Source: Mobula hypostoma (Eukaryota). Taken from it: a stretch of DNA of 64,000 nucleotides. Below, one piece after another: positions 25,145 to 37,521 of this stretch. The notes under the pieces are model-generated. The model did not search any database. It was given only the letters and a program-made list of their open reading frames with translations, and was not told where the DNA came from. The position numbers and the translations under genes were made by a program. Each line of letters starts with the position of its first letter. Position 1 is the stretch's first letter. The stretch spans positions 101,744,001-101,808,000 of the forward strand of contig NC_086107.1 in NCBI RefSeq assembly GCF_963921235.1, given 5' to 3'.

Positions 25145-25440
25145 GCTCAGACAATCTCTTGTATTCAACCATGTATGCTGAAATAGACTCCCCTTCTTTT
25201 TGATTCCACTTATGAAACCTAAGGTGTCCTGTAGTCAACAATAACTTTGATTCTAAATGTTCATGCATTACTTTGACAATATCAGCAAAGCTCATTTCTG
25301 CTGGTTTGGTTGGAGCAGTTAAACCTTAAAGCAAACTGTATGCCTTTAAACTCAATGCATTTAGCAAAATTGGTACCCATTTCTCATTGGCTCTTTCATT
25401 TGCTTCGAAATATTGTTGAATTAGCTCTGTATACATGAAC

Positions 25441-26225
25441 CTGCTATTTAATCAAACTCATCTATCTTTGCAACACATGACCATACACTTCCCCACACAG
25501 TATTTGTTCTGTCATTTCTTTGCCCATTCTCTTAATGTGTCTACTTTCCTCTGCAGACTCCCTGCTTCTTCAACATCACTTACCCCTCCACCTATCATTA
25601 CATCAACCACAAACAAACCTGGCCACAAAGACAATAATTCATCATCAAAATAATTCACATAATAGTGAAAAGAAGCAACTTCAACACCGACACCTGTGAA
25701 ACACCACTAGTCACCAGCAGCCAACCAGAAAGGGACCCTTTACTCTTTGCCTCCTGCTAGTCAGCCAATTCTATCCATGCTAGTATCTTTCCTCAAATAC
25801 CATCGGCTCTTAGCTTGTTTAGCAGCCTCATTGTCAAAGGCCTTCTGAAAATCCAAGTAAACAACAACCGCTGATTCTCCTTTGTCTAACCTGCCTGTTT
25901 TATTCCCTCAAAGAACTCCAACAGATCTGTCATGCAAGATTTCCCCTTATAAGGAAACCATCCTGACTTCATCCTACTTTACCATATGCCCCTAAGTAAC
26001 AGAAAACTTCATTCTTATTAATAGACTCCAACATCTTACCAACTACTGGTCAGGCTAATTTGCCTATAATTTCCTCTTTTTGCCTCTCTCTATTCTTAAA
26101 GAGCAGAGTGACATTTGCGATTTTCTAGTCCGCTGGAACTATTCCAGAATATAGTGATTTTTGAAAGATCACTGCTTTTGCATCCGCAATCTCTTCAGCC
26201 ACCTTTTTCAGATCCTAGGTATCTT
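25441..26225 (-). mobile_element. CR1 RT fragment truncating the Gypsy 5' end
   Basis: Reverse-complement CR1 RT sequence similar to 3240-3900. Confidence 0.85.
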
Positions 26226-26254
26226 CAGACATTTCAACTACACACATATCACTT

Positions 26255-28330
26255 TATACAATCCCAGATTCATTTTCTCGCAGGCATGCTCAACAAATCC
26301 ATAATAGAATAATAACCATAAAAGAATCAATGGAAGACCGCACCAACTTGGGTGTTCAACCAGTGTACAAAAGACAACACACTGTGCAACGTCAAATAGA
26401 AAGAGATAATAATAATAATAATAATGAGCAATAAATACCAAGAACTTGAGATGAACTGAGTCCAAAGGATGTGGAAGCTTTTCAATGATGGGGCAAGTAA
26501 AGTTGAGTGAAATTATCCACTTTGGTTCAAGAGTCTGATGGTTGAAGGATAATAACTGTTCCTGAACCTGGTGGTGAGAGTCCTGTATCTTCTTCCTGAT
26601 GATAGCAGCGAGAAGAGAACATGTCCTGGGTGGTGGGGGTCTTTCGTGATGGATGCTGCTTTCCTGTGATGGACTGGGCAATATCCACTACTTTTTGTAG
26701 GATTTTCCAATCAACGGCTGTTAGGCTGTGATGCAGCCAGTCAATATACTCTCCAATACTTATTTATAGAAGCTTGTCGGTTTTAATGTCACACCAAATC
26801 TTCGCAGATACCTAAGAAAGCAGAGGCACGGGTCCTGCAAAATAATAACACCGAGGAATTTAAAATTGTTGACCCTCTCCACCTCTGATCCTCCAGTGAG
26901 GACTGGCTCATGGACCTCTGGTTTTCTCAAGTCATAATCAGCTCCTTGATGTTGCCACCATTGAGTAAAATGCTGCTACGGCACCACTCAGCCAGATTTT
27001 CAATTGCCCTCCTCTATGCCGATTCATCACCACCTTTGATTCAGCCCACAACAGACAGAATATTGACTGGCTGCATCACAGCCTAATACGGAAACACCAT
27101 CAACAAACTTGAGTATGGCATTGGAGCTGTGCTTAGCCACTCAGTCATATGTGTAAAGTGAGCAGAGTGGGGACTAAGCATACAGACTTGTGGTGCACCT
27201 GTGCTGATGGAGACTGTGGAAGAGATGTTGTTGCCAATCCAAAGTGACTGGGGTCTGCAGGTGAGGAATTCGAGTATGCAATTGCACAAGGAGGTATTGA
27301 GGTCAAGGTATTGAAGCTTATTGATTAGTTTTGAGGGGATGATGGTATTGATGCTGAGCTGTAGTCAATAAAGAACATTCTGATGTATGTATCTTTGCTG
27401 TCCTGATGTCCTCAAGTTGAGTGAAGAGCCAATGAGATGGCATCTGCTATGGACCTGTTGCTCCGGTACGAAAATTAGAACAGATCCAAATTGCTTCTCA
27501 GGCAGGAATTGACATGTTTCATCATCAAACTCTCAAAACACTTCATCACTGTGGATACAAGTGCTACTGGATGATAGTCACTGAGGCAGGTTACCCCGTT
27601 CTTCTTAGGCACTGGCATAATTGAAGCCAGCTTGAAGCAGGTGGGTACCTCAGATTGCCAAAGCAAGAGATTAAAGATTTCAGTGAACACTCCAACCAGT
27701 TGATGAGCACAGGTCTTTATTACTTGGCCAGGTACCCCAACTGGACCAGATGCTTTTCATGGGTTTACCCTCTTGAAGGTTGCTTGCACATTTGCCTCAG
27801 AGACTGAAATCATAAGATCATCAGGGGCTGTTGGAGTTTGTGATGGTTCCTCCATGTTTTGACAGTCAAAGCAAGCATTGAAGGCATTGAGCTTATCTGA
27901 GTGAATCCTTGTTGTCATCCATGTCACTTGATTCAACTTTATAAGAGGTATTCAAGACCTGCCACAACTGTCAAGCATCCTTCATTGATTCAAGTTTAGT
28001 CCAAAATTATCACTTTGCACATGAGATGGCTTTCCAGAGATCATACCTGGTCTTCTTGTAACTTTTTTGGTCACTAGACATGAAGGCCTCTGATCTGGCC
28101 CTCAGCAGATGGTTCATTCATGATCTCATGGTTCATTCAGGGAATCTGATTAGGGAAGACACTGAATGATTTTGTAGAGGCACACTCATCTACAACTATT
28201 TTAATAAAGTCCGTGACAACCATGGTGTATTTATTCGGATCCAAAGATGAGTCATTGAACGGCCCAGTTTACCACTCAAAGCAATCCCGTAGCTGCTCCT
28301 CTGCTTCTTGCGACCACCTCTTTGTTGTCC
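26255..28330 (-). mobile_element. Degenerate Rex1/Babar-type LINE
   Basis: Fragments EIFNLLLWQSEVPTCFKLASIMPVPKK..LSDYHPVAL, STGAPQ, ITKDPHHPGHVLFSLLSSGRRY...RFRNSYYP. Confidence 0.85.
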
Positions 28331-29421
28331 TAATCTCTGAAGCTTAGCTCTTTACTTTCACCTGAGTGTGGTGCAATGTGTTTGAAAATCCGACTTTAAG
28401 TGGATTGTGTTGGAAATTTACTACAGATCATAGTCAACACTGAGGCAACATATCCAGTTTGTTATAATTGCTGTATTACATATGTGTCATTCTCTAAGGA
28501 GAGACAAATTTATCTTCTCCTTGAGCAAGAAAATGCAGTCAATGGTTTAGTAGCTCATCAATTTTTGGGACTCTGATTGCAGTCAGGGTGAAACTAACTG
28601 CAGCCACAGAACCTTTGGGGATCTGTCACAAAGTGCAAGAACATACAGTATAGCAATTGCAAGAAATTTTACTCATTCAACAGCTTTCTTATCATAGGCT
28701 CTTGTAACTAAATGGTCACTGTCTGTATATATCATGACATGGTCTGTACTCTGATTTTGGGTGATGGTGGCAAATAACTTCCATACCATTGTTTATTATT
28801 TGGATGGTATCTCCAACTGGACAACCTAACTAATTCAAATCATCCACACTTCCCATCATCCCTACAGCTGATGTTCCTCTTTTCCCACCCTCATTGCAGC
28901 TTTTGTTTACTTCCCAATTCTGAAGCGTCTGCAACAAAAAAAACGTAAGCTGTTATTCTTCCCACAGTTGTGACCTGACATCTGATTATTTGCAGCATTT
29001 TTGTTTTTATTTTTGAAAGTCTAACCACTTCCTTTAGCATAAAATATCATTATGATCACCAAATTCACTACCATCAACATTGTGGATCTCACATTTGACC
29101 AGAAATGCAAATAAAGCAGTCACATAATTACTGTGGCTCCAAGATCACATGGGTTTTCTACAATATGGGATTCCTGACTTTTCAAGCACTAGCCAATATC
29201 TACATGCCTACTTGAATGCTATTTCAATACCACTCCATCACCATCCCAAATTTCTCCTCCCTCTCTCCCAATGCTAGCTACAAAATGTTATAGTTTCTTT
29301 GGTACCACCTGCCAAATGCAAAATATGTAATACCAAAAGTATAAGGACAGCAACTTAATATGCCAGTCATTATCTGTAAGTTTTCTTTCCTAAGAACCCT
29401 ATAACTTGGAAATAAATTTAT

Positions 29422-30000
29422 CAGACCATACACCATAAGACATAGGAGCAAACTCAGCAATTCGGCTATCAAGTGTGCTCTGCCATTCCATCATGGCTGA
29501 TTTATTATCCCTCTCAACCCCACTCTTCTGCCTTCTGTCCATAGCTGTTGAAACCCTGATTAATCAAGAGCATGTCAACCTCTGCCTTAAATACACTCAA
29601 TTACTTGGCCTCCACAGCTGTCTATGGCAATGAATTCCAGAGACTCACTATCGTCTGGCTAAATAAATTCCTCCTCATCTCTGTTCTAAATGGGTGACCC
29701 TCTGTTCTGAGGCCGTGTCCACTGGTCCTAGACTCTCTCACTATGGGAAATATCCTCTCCACATCTACTCTGTCCAGGCCTTTCAATATTTGATAGGTTT
29801 CAATGAGATCCTTTTCCATTCTTCTAACTCCAGCAAGTACAGGCCAGAGCCATCAAACACACATTAACCCTTTCATTCCAGGAATTATTCTCATGAACCT
29901 TCTCTGGACCTTCCCTAATGCCAGCAACATCTTTTCTTAGATAAGTGGCTTAAAACTGTTCACAATGCTCCAAGCATGGTCTGATCAATGCCTTATAAAG
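29422..30000 (-). mobile_element. CR1 3' fragment
   Basis: DLIETYQILKGLDRVDVERIFP...RRNLFSQ and tail. Confidence 0.9.
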
Positions 30001-30009
30001 CAAGTAATA

Positions 30010-30889
30010 GTAAACTGCTGCCAAAGTTTCTAACTAGTGTCAGTCACGTGCACTTCTGACACTACACTGTACTTAGAGTGAACAGTTTTTAAATAGTATT
30101 TTAAATTGTGTTTGTGTTAAAAAAAATGATTTTTCTCACTGATAGCTGCAGAGAAAAAGGTAGTAAGACAATTCAGAACTGTTTTGCTCACTGTGGTTTC
30201 AAGCATTCAGGCTAGAAGATGCCAGAAAAAGCCAGAAGTGAAAATGAAACAATTTCACTACTTCAATGAGTTAGGAACCAAGAAGAATTTGAAGGTATTT
30301 ACAATCATCTTGAATATTACAATGAAAATAAAGATTTGGAGAATGCAATCATCGAAAGCATTGTATGAAGACAGTCAATTATCTACACCGGGTGCCTGTG
30401 TACTGCAGTGGTATTGATTTGTTCTAATGTGTTCTACATTTCATTTAAATACATAATTTGTTACTCAGTTAAATGGTAGTTGGCGCATGGCCAAGTGGTT
30501 AAGGCATCGGTCTAGTGATCAGCTAAGGCAGCGTGTTGTGTCCTTGCGCAAGGCACTTAACCACACATTGCTGTGCGACAACACCGGTGCCAAGCTATAT
30601 CAGCCCTAGTGCCCTTCCCTTGAACAACATCGGTGGCGTGGAGAGGGGAGGACTTGCAGCATAGGCAACTGCCAGTCTTCCATACAACCTTGCCCAGGCC
30701 CGCGCCCTGGAAACCTTCCAAGGTGCAAATCCATGGTCTCATGAGACTAACAGATGCCTGTTGAAATGGTAGTTTGTCTTTTTTATTCCTTTTTAACCAT
30801 TTCCATGAAACTTCGGCTAATTGGGGCCACTGCTTAATTGGGCCAAAATTAACTGGTCCTGATGGATCCCAATTAACCAGAATACACTG
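30010..30889 (+). mobile_element. Tigger/pogo-like DNA transposon remnant split by a SINE
   Basis: Similar to the copy at 56935-57510. Terminal AATTAACCAGAATACACTG. The family assignment is inference. Confidence 0.6.
30482..30762 (+). mobile_element. tRNA-derived SINE with CORE-like centre, inserted with TSD
   Basis: A-box TGGCCAAGTGG, TGTGTCCTTG.GCAAGGCACTTAAC core, TSD AAATGGTAGTT (30471-30481 / 30764-30774). Confidence 0.8.
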
Positions 30890-31029
30890 CACTTGCAAAA
30901 TTGCATGCAAATTTTGTTTTGTACTTCATGAATGAGAACAGTCAGATCCCTCTGCACAGCAGCATTGTTCTTTCTCTCCATATAAACAACATTGTTCTTT
31001 TCTATTCTTCCTATAGATCATTTCACATT

Positions 31030-31610
31030 TCCTTACATTATACTCCATCTGTCAACTTTTTTTATCCATTTGTTAAACCTATCTATTTCCCTTTTAGGCT
31101 CTATTGTTCTCACTTTGCATTATCAGCAAACCTGTCTGCAATACACTCATCACCTTCATCTACATCATTAATGTAAATTGCATGTGGTTGAGGGTCAAGC
31201 ACTGATTCCTGTGGCACTCCTCAAGTTACAGCATGCCAACCTGAAAATGACCCATTAATCCCAGCTATTTTTTTTGCTACTTAAGTAGTCCATTACCCTT
31301 ACTGTTACCAGTGTCACGAGCAGTAACTTTTAATATGGTATTTCAGTGAATATCTTTGGGAAATACAAATACACTATGTTTCTCCAATTGTTCCATTATT
31401 CACCCTACTCTTTACACTCTCAAATAAACCTAAGAATATTAACAGTTTCATAAGACTATGCTAATCCCACAAAACCTTCGTGATTTTCTAGATATCTTCC
31501 TACTGCGTTCTCATTAACGAATTCCAGCATTTTCCCAATGATAGATGTTAGGCTAACAGGCCTATAATTACCTGTTCTTTAACTCCCTCCTTTTCAGTGG
31601 TTACACTTGC
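31030..31610 (-). mobile_element. Old CR1 RT fragment
   Basis: Degenerate reverse-complement CR1 RT (GVPQESVL, RFADNAK). Confidence 0.75.
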
Positions 31611-31810
31611 ACCTATTAATGATAAGCACCCTCTTCGTGGCAAAGAGCTGTTTCTAATGCTGCTTATATGGTTTTCTTCTTCAAAACAAATAAATTCTAT
31701 TAATGAATGAACTGGAAGACTGAGTGATATGTCTGTCATGACTGAATAGCTAGAGTGCGATGTAGGTTGTGTTAAGTGAGTGAGGATTTGTTGGGCCAGA
31801 GAAGTATTAG

Positions 31811-33280
31811 GTGTATACAGCCTGTGCCCCTCAGCTATGTGGAGTACTTCGCCATGTATTCAACCTGAGCCTGAGGCTCCGGAGGGTTCCTGTGCTGTGG
31901 AAGACATCCTGCCTCGTCCCTGTGCCGAAGACGCCGTGCCCCAGTGGCCTCAATGACTACAGACCGGTGGCTTTGACCTCCCACATCAGGAAGACCCTGG
32001 AGAGACTTGTTCTGGAGCTGCTCCGACCTATGGTCAGAACACACTTAGATCCCCTCCAGTTCGCCTACCAGCCCCGACTAGGAGTTGAGGATGCCATCGT
32101 CCACCTGCTGAACCGTGTTTACGCCCACCTGGACAAGCCAGCGAGCACTGTGAGGGTCATGTTTTTTGACTTCTCCAGTGCGTTCAACACCACCCGCCCT
32201 GCTCTGCTGGGGGAGAAGCTGACAGCGATGCAGGTGGATGCTTTCCTGGTGTCATGGATTCTTGACTACCTGACTGGCAGACCACAGTACGTGTGCTTGC
32301 AACACTGTGTGTCCAACAGAGTGACCAGCAGCACTGGGGCTCCACAGGGGACTGTCTTGTCTCCCTTTCTCTTCACCATTTACACCTCGGACTTCAACTA
32401 CTGCACAGAGTCTTGTCCTCTTCAAAAGTTTTCGGATGACTCTGCCATAGTTGGATGCATCAGCAAGGGAGATGAGGCTGAGTACAGGGCTACGGCAGGA
32501 AACTTTGTCACATGATGTGAGCAGAATTATCTGCAGCTTAATGTGAAAAAGACTAAGGAGCTGGTGGTAGACCTGAGGAGAGCTAAGGTACCGATGACCC
32601 CTGTTTCCATCCAGGGGGTCAGGGTGGACATGGTGGAGGATTACAAATATCTGGGGATACGAATTGACAATAAACTGGACTGGTCAAAGAACACTGAGGC
32701 TGTCCACAAGAAGGGTCAGAGCCATCTCTATTTCCTGAGGAGACCGAGGTCCTTTAACATCTGCCGGACGATGCTGAGGATGTTCTACGAGTCTGTGGTG
32801 GCCAGTGCTATCATGTTTGCTGTTGTGTGCTGGTGCAGCAGACTGAGGGTAGCAGACACCAACAGAATCAACAAACTCATTCAGAAGGCCAGTGATGTTG
32901 TGGGGATGGAACTGGACTCTCTGACGGTGGTGTCTGAAAAGAGGATGCTGTCCAAGTTGCATGCCATCTTGGACAATGTCTCCCATCCACTACATAATGT
33001 ACTGGTTGGGCACAGGAATACATTCAGCCAGAGACTCATTCCACCGAGATGCAACACAGAGCGTCATAGGAAGTCATTCCTGCCTGTGGCCATCAAACTT
33101 TACAACTCTTCCCTTGGAGAGCCAGACACCCTGAGCCAATAGGCTGGTCCTGGACTTATTTCCTGGCATAATTTACATATTACTATTTAACTATTTATGG
33201 TTTTATTACTATTATTTATGGAGCAACTGTAACGAAAATCCAATTTCCCCCGGGATCAATAACGTATGACTATGACTATT
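31811..33280 (+). mobile_element. Young, 5'-truncated Rex1/Babar-type LINE (RT domain and 3' end)
   Basis: ORFs 31811-32515 and 32543-33142 share a frame and are split by a single TGA. RT motifs DYRPVALTS, QFAY, FFDFSSAFNT, GAPQGTVLSP, FSDD, YKYLG. (TATGAC)n tail; CpGs retained. Confidence 0.92.
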
Positions 33281-33577
33281 GTTTGGCAAGTGATGGAGCA
33301 GTTTATGAATTTAGTATTGTGGTTGTTAGCAGGTACAATTTAGTATGTCTTCACTGATCTCCATCAAAAACAACATTGTTAAGTTTATTGCAGACAGTAA
33401 TTCATGTACTTGGAGATTTTGCTCCTGGCATAGGTTGTCTGCAAGTGTCAAGTAGCAAAAGTGTTTACCAAAAATTTGCTAGTTCCTCGGAAAAGGCAGT
33501 GAAACAAATCTGCTAGCACAAAACATGAATCATTTGGCACTATAGCATGGTAGCATGAATCATAGCAATGACAGTAC

Positions 33578-33628
33578 CTTCAATCACCAGGTTCAATGTG
33601 ACACTGTCTTCAATAGATTGCAGCAAAT
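33578..33628 (-). CDS. MEI1: MEI1 coding exon 3 (DLLQSIEDSVTLNLVIE)
   Basis: Read manually, not in the ORF track. Acceptor ttgtag, donor GAAG|gtactg, 51 nt, phase 1 to 1. Resembles human GLLCSMEDGSVTDLCIE. Confidence 0.9.
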
Positions 33629-34900
33629 CTACAATTAACACAAAACATAAAACAGGATATCTACATAAACATGCTGGATTAGAGATTGCCTTACCACCTT
33701 TTAACAACACTAAACCATAAAATATGGGTCATTTTAAAGCTGCTTTGAAAAAAGTCACAGAGCAAGATCTTCAATTGCAGGGTTTGCAGAATATCATGCT
33801 GTGCTGAAATGACAGTGTTAGATTTAATGCAATGTTCTCTACTGAGCCATTATAAGTCCTCTCCAGTATTAGCTTCAGAGAAGTGACCTCTATAACCTGC
33901 TCTTAAGAGGACATAGCATAACACCAGTGTGGTTATTGATTCTATGGATGCCAAATGATTGGAGGAAATTGGTAGAGTAAAATGACCAGTAAACACAGAG
34001 ACAGGCTGGTTAATGATAATTCTCACAGAAAGCATGTTATTTGTGAAATGGGACCATGGAGACTCTCTGGTGCTAGTCAGGTGTTGCTAAATGAAGGTTT
34101 CCAGTATGCTCTCTGTAAGAACATGAGTGCCATCTTTGATTGCTTGTACTTTTGAAAAATCAGATATACAGGCAAATAATTGAACAGTTCTGTCTACTCC
34201 TGGAAGATAAATGAATAGTGGATGAAGTTTTCTCTCCTTCAATATGGAAATTAAAATGACAAGAATGTAATTTGATTACAAGAAGGTTTCTGGGGGAAAT
34301 GGGGCTAGTAAAACCATGTGGTCTGTGAGTAACTAACAGCTGTTGTTTTTGAGACCCATTGAGGTCAAAAACCTCAGTACATGCAAATTTTGCATGTGGC
34401 ACAACAGCCTACATCACATTGTCAGAAAATGGATACCTGCACAAATGAAAATTCCACATAAAAGTCAGGACTCAGATTTCTCAACAGGCACACAGATACA
34501 CAAAATATTGCTTTTTTCTGGGTTAAGCAACAATCTCGACTACACAGTAAAATACATACATCAGAATGACCGCAAAAATTACCAGATCAGAACAATAAAT
34601 CAAAAAATGTACGTATCAATTGAATGAATCTCATAAAATAGCTGTGTAGAAAATGCTTATGATTTTCAAATGATAAATCTCACCATCTGTAGTCCAACCA
34701 TGCTCTTTTCAGAATGAAAAGAAACATTTATTGGGCAGTAGAGCATACTCTATATCTAAATCTGCTACACTGACACAGTAGCCCTTGCTGATCCTTAAAT
34801 ACTCGCAAGTTCAATTCCTACGCAATAAGCATTCCTCATATTATATAATTAAGAAAAATATTACAAGAATTACCCTTAGCTTTGGACACACAAGACTTAC

Positions 34901-35024
34901 CCATCAAAGTAATTATGAAGTGAATGCATACTCGACCATCCATTGAGAGCAGTTCTACCACCTTGCCTGGGTATCTAACTAGGACATCCCGAAAGCAAGA
35001 CAGTAAATACTTTTTGCGAACAAT
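34901..35024 (-). CDS. MEI1: MEI1 coding exon 2 (IVRKKYLLSCFRDVLVRYPGKVVELLSMDGRVCIHFIITLM)
   Basis: Strong match to human LVRKKHMLSCFQDALVRH...DQRVCIHFISVLF. Acceptor ttttcag, donor ATGG|gtaagt, 124 nt, phase 0 to 1. Confidence 0.95.
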
Positions 35025-35919
35025 CTGAAAAGCAACCAATAGTGAAATCAGTACAAAACAATTGATGTAAAATTCATCTATGCTGAAAATGAGTACTCAT
35101 TCATGAATCACAGGAAGCCAGTATGCAACTTCAGATAGTAAATAAGCAAACTGGAAGGCCTTTATAAAAAGGGTTTGAATTACACAAATCTTTCATTTAG
35201 AAAAACCTGGATTAATTTATTAAAGTCAATGCAAATTAGTTTCAGGCAAATCATGCCTAATTTAGCTGGCTATGCTTTTCAGAAAGAAAGAGTCGGAGGT
35301 CTGACAGAAGACTAAAACCAGAAATGTTAACTGTTTTTCCCTTCACATGTGCTTCCTGATCTACTGAATATTTCCAGCATTTCAGTTTTCATTTTTATTC
35401 CAGTGAAAATATTGTACAGCAACAAAAACTGGGATACAAGGTACAGCAGATTTATGTATTAATCTGTGTGACTCAGTCAACTTCTGACTTTTTGTTTGAA
35501 TTTTTGTTTTTCCATGCATTTTATATTCAAACATGAAGCTCCCAAAATGACAGCAACAGTAATGAAACACGTAAAATTTATCTGCAGTGATATCTGAAAA
35601 TGATAGTTCTTACTTAATCACAGACAAATTAAATTTTCTTACTCAGTTTCCCTGAAATTGTGAAATTGTAAAGAGGAAAGAGGCAATACTCTAAGTGCAT
35701 TTGTTTCATCAGTGACATCCTGTGACTTCAACTATAATTTGACATAGCTCATGAAGGCCAAGGTCACAATCAGTCTCAGTTTCTGAGTTTCTACATCATC
35801 TCTGGAATATTTAAGTTTATTTGCTGCTGCATTAAAGAAGTCACCCAAACTATGTATATACCCCAAAAGGTAACTGTATCTATCCCTTACTCAGCTTGCA
35901 GGAGCAAGCAGAGCAGGAG

Positions 35920-37521
35920 CTTGGGAAGCTGAAAGGTCTAAATATAGATGTCCCCGGACCAAAGGACTGCACTCCAGGATTCTGAAAGAGGTAGCTGAAG
36001 AGATTAGAGAGACATTATTAGTGATCTTCAAAAACTCACTAGATTTTGGAATAGTTCTAGAGGACTAGCAAATTGCAAATGTCACTCCACTCTTTAAGAA
36101 GGCAGGGAGGGAGGCAAAAGAAAGGAAATTATAGGCCAATTAGCCTGACTTCAGTGGTTGGGAAGATGTTGGAGTCAATTGTTAATAAGGATGTGATTAC
36201 AGTGTACTTGGAGACACATGATTAAAAAAAAAGGCCATAGTCAGCATGGTTTCATTAAGGGGAAATATTGCCTGACAAATCTGTTAGAATTCTTTGAGGA
36301 AACAGTAGGCATGCTAGACAAAGGAGAGTCAATGGATGTTATTTACTTGGATTTTCAGATGGCCTTTAACAAGGTGCCATACATGAGGGGGCTTAACAAG
36401 ACAAGAACCCATGGTGTTACAGGAAAGATACTAGCATGGATAAAAAATTAGCTGAATGGCAAGAAGCAAAGGATCAGAATAAAGGGGGGCCTACACTAGT
36501 TGGCTGCTGGTGACAAGTGGTGTTTCTCTGGGATTAGTACTGGGACTGTTTCTTTTCACATTATATGTCAACAACTTGGATGACAAAATTGATGGCTTTG
36601 TGACCAAGTTTGCAGATGATCCATATAGGTGGAGGGGCAGGTAGTGTTGAGAAAGCAAGAAATCTACAGGTGGAGGTCAGGTTAGGAAATGGGCAAAGAA
36701 GTGGCAGATGGAATACAGTGTAGTGAAGTATATGGGAATGAACTTTAGTAAAAGGAATAAGAGCATAGACTGTTTTCTAAACAGGGAGCAAATTCAGAAA
36801 TCAGAGATGCAAAGGGACTTGGAAGACCTCATGCAGGATTCCCTAAAGGTAACTTGCAGGTTGAGTCAGTAGTAAGGAAAGCAAATGCAATGTTAACATT
36901 TGTTTCTACAGTAGAATATAAAAGCAAGATTGTAAAGCTGATGCTTTATAAAGCATTGGTCAAACTGCATTTACAGTATTGTGAGCAGCTTGGGGCCCCT
37001 TATCTAAGAAAAGACGTGCTGGCTTTGGAAGGGTCCAGTAGAAGTTCATGAGAATGATTCCAGGAATGAAAGGGTTAAGATATGAGGAGTGTTCGATGGC
37101 TCTAGGCCTGTACTCGCTAGAGTTTAGAAGAATGAGGGGGATCGCACTGAAACCTATCGAATATTTAAAAACCTAGATAGCGTGGATGTGGTGAAGATGT
37201 TTCTTATAGTGGGAGAATCTAGGATCAGAAGGCACAGCCTCAGAATAGAGGGGCATCCCTTCAGAACAGAGATGAGAAAGAATTCCTTTAGCCAGGGGGT
37301 GATGAATCTGTGAGATTCATTGCCAGACAGGTATGGAGGGCAAGTCTTTGAATATATTTAAAATGGAGGGTGATAAGTTCTTGATTAGTAAGGGAGTGAA
37401 GGGCTATGGGGAAAAGGCAGGTGAATGGGGTTGAAAGGGATAATAAATCAGATATGATGGAATGGTGGAGCAGACTTGATGGGCTGAATGCCCTAATTCT
37501 GCTCCTATGCCTTATGGTCTA
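35920..37521 (+). mobile_element. CR1 ORF2 RT and 3' end
   Basis: SQHGFIKGKYCLTNLLEFFE, DVIYLDFQMAFNKVP, KFADD and tail. Confidence 0.92.

Larger units (their letters stand above)
21546..25440 (-). mobile_element. Degenerate Ty3/Gypsy LTR retrotransposon: gag, protease, captured RBM25, pol C-terminus, PPT, partial 3' LTR
   Basis: Gag motifs QQYFEANE...LTAPTKPAEMSF...RFHKWNQKEGESI...ALRDRLVCGI and zinc knuckles CYCCGRGSH / CRKCNKVGH (24641-25440). Aspartic protease MELDTGSAV (~24460-24530). Pol-terminal RCYSTR..LPQ*LNL (~23380-23430). Purine tract then TG at 23250-23240. LTR-like segment ending ...TAACA at 21546. Confidence 0.8.

Noticed and set aside
30482..30520. tRNA gene
   Set aside because: Only an A-box-containing SINE head; no complete cloverleaf or B-box.
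33850..34100. CNEP1R1-like retrocopy (FGIH motif)
   Set aside because: Similarity is limited to a few residues and is not supportable.
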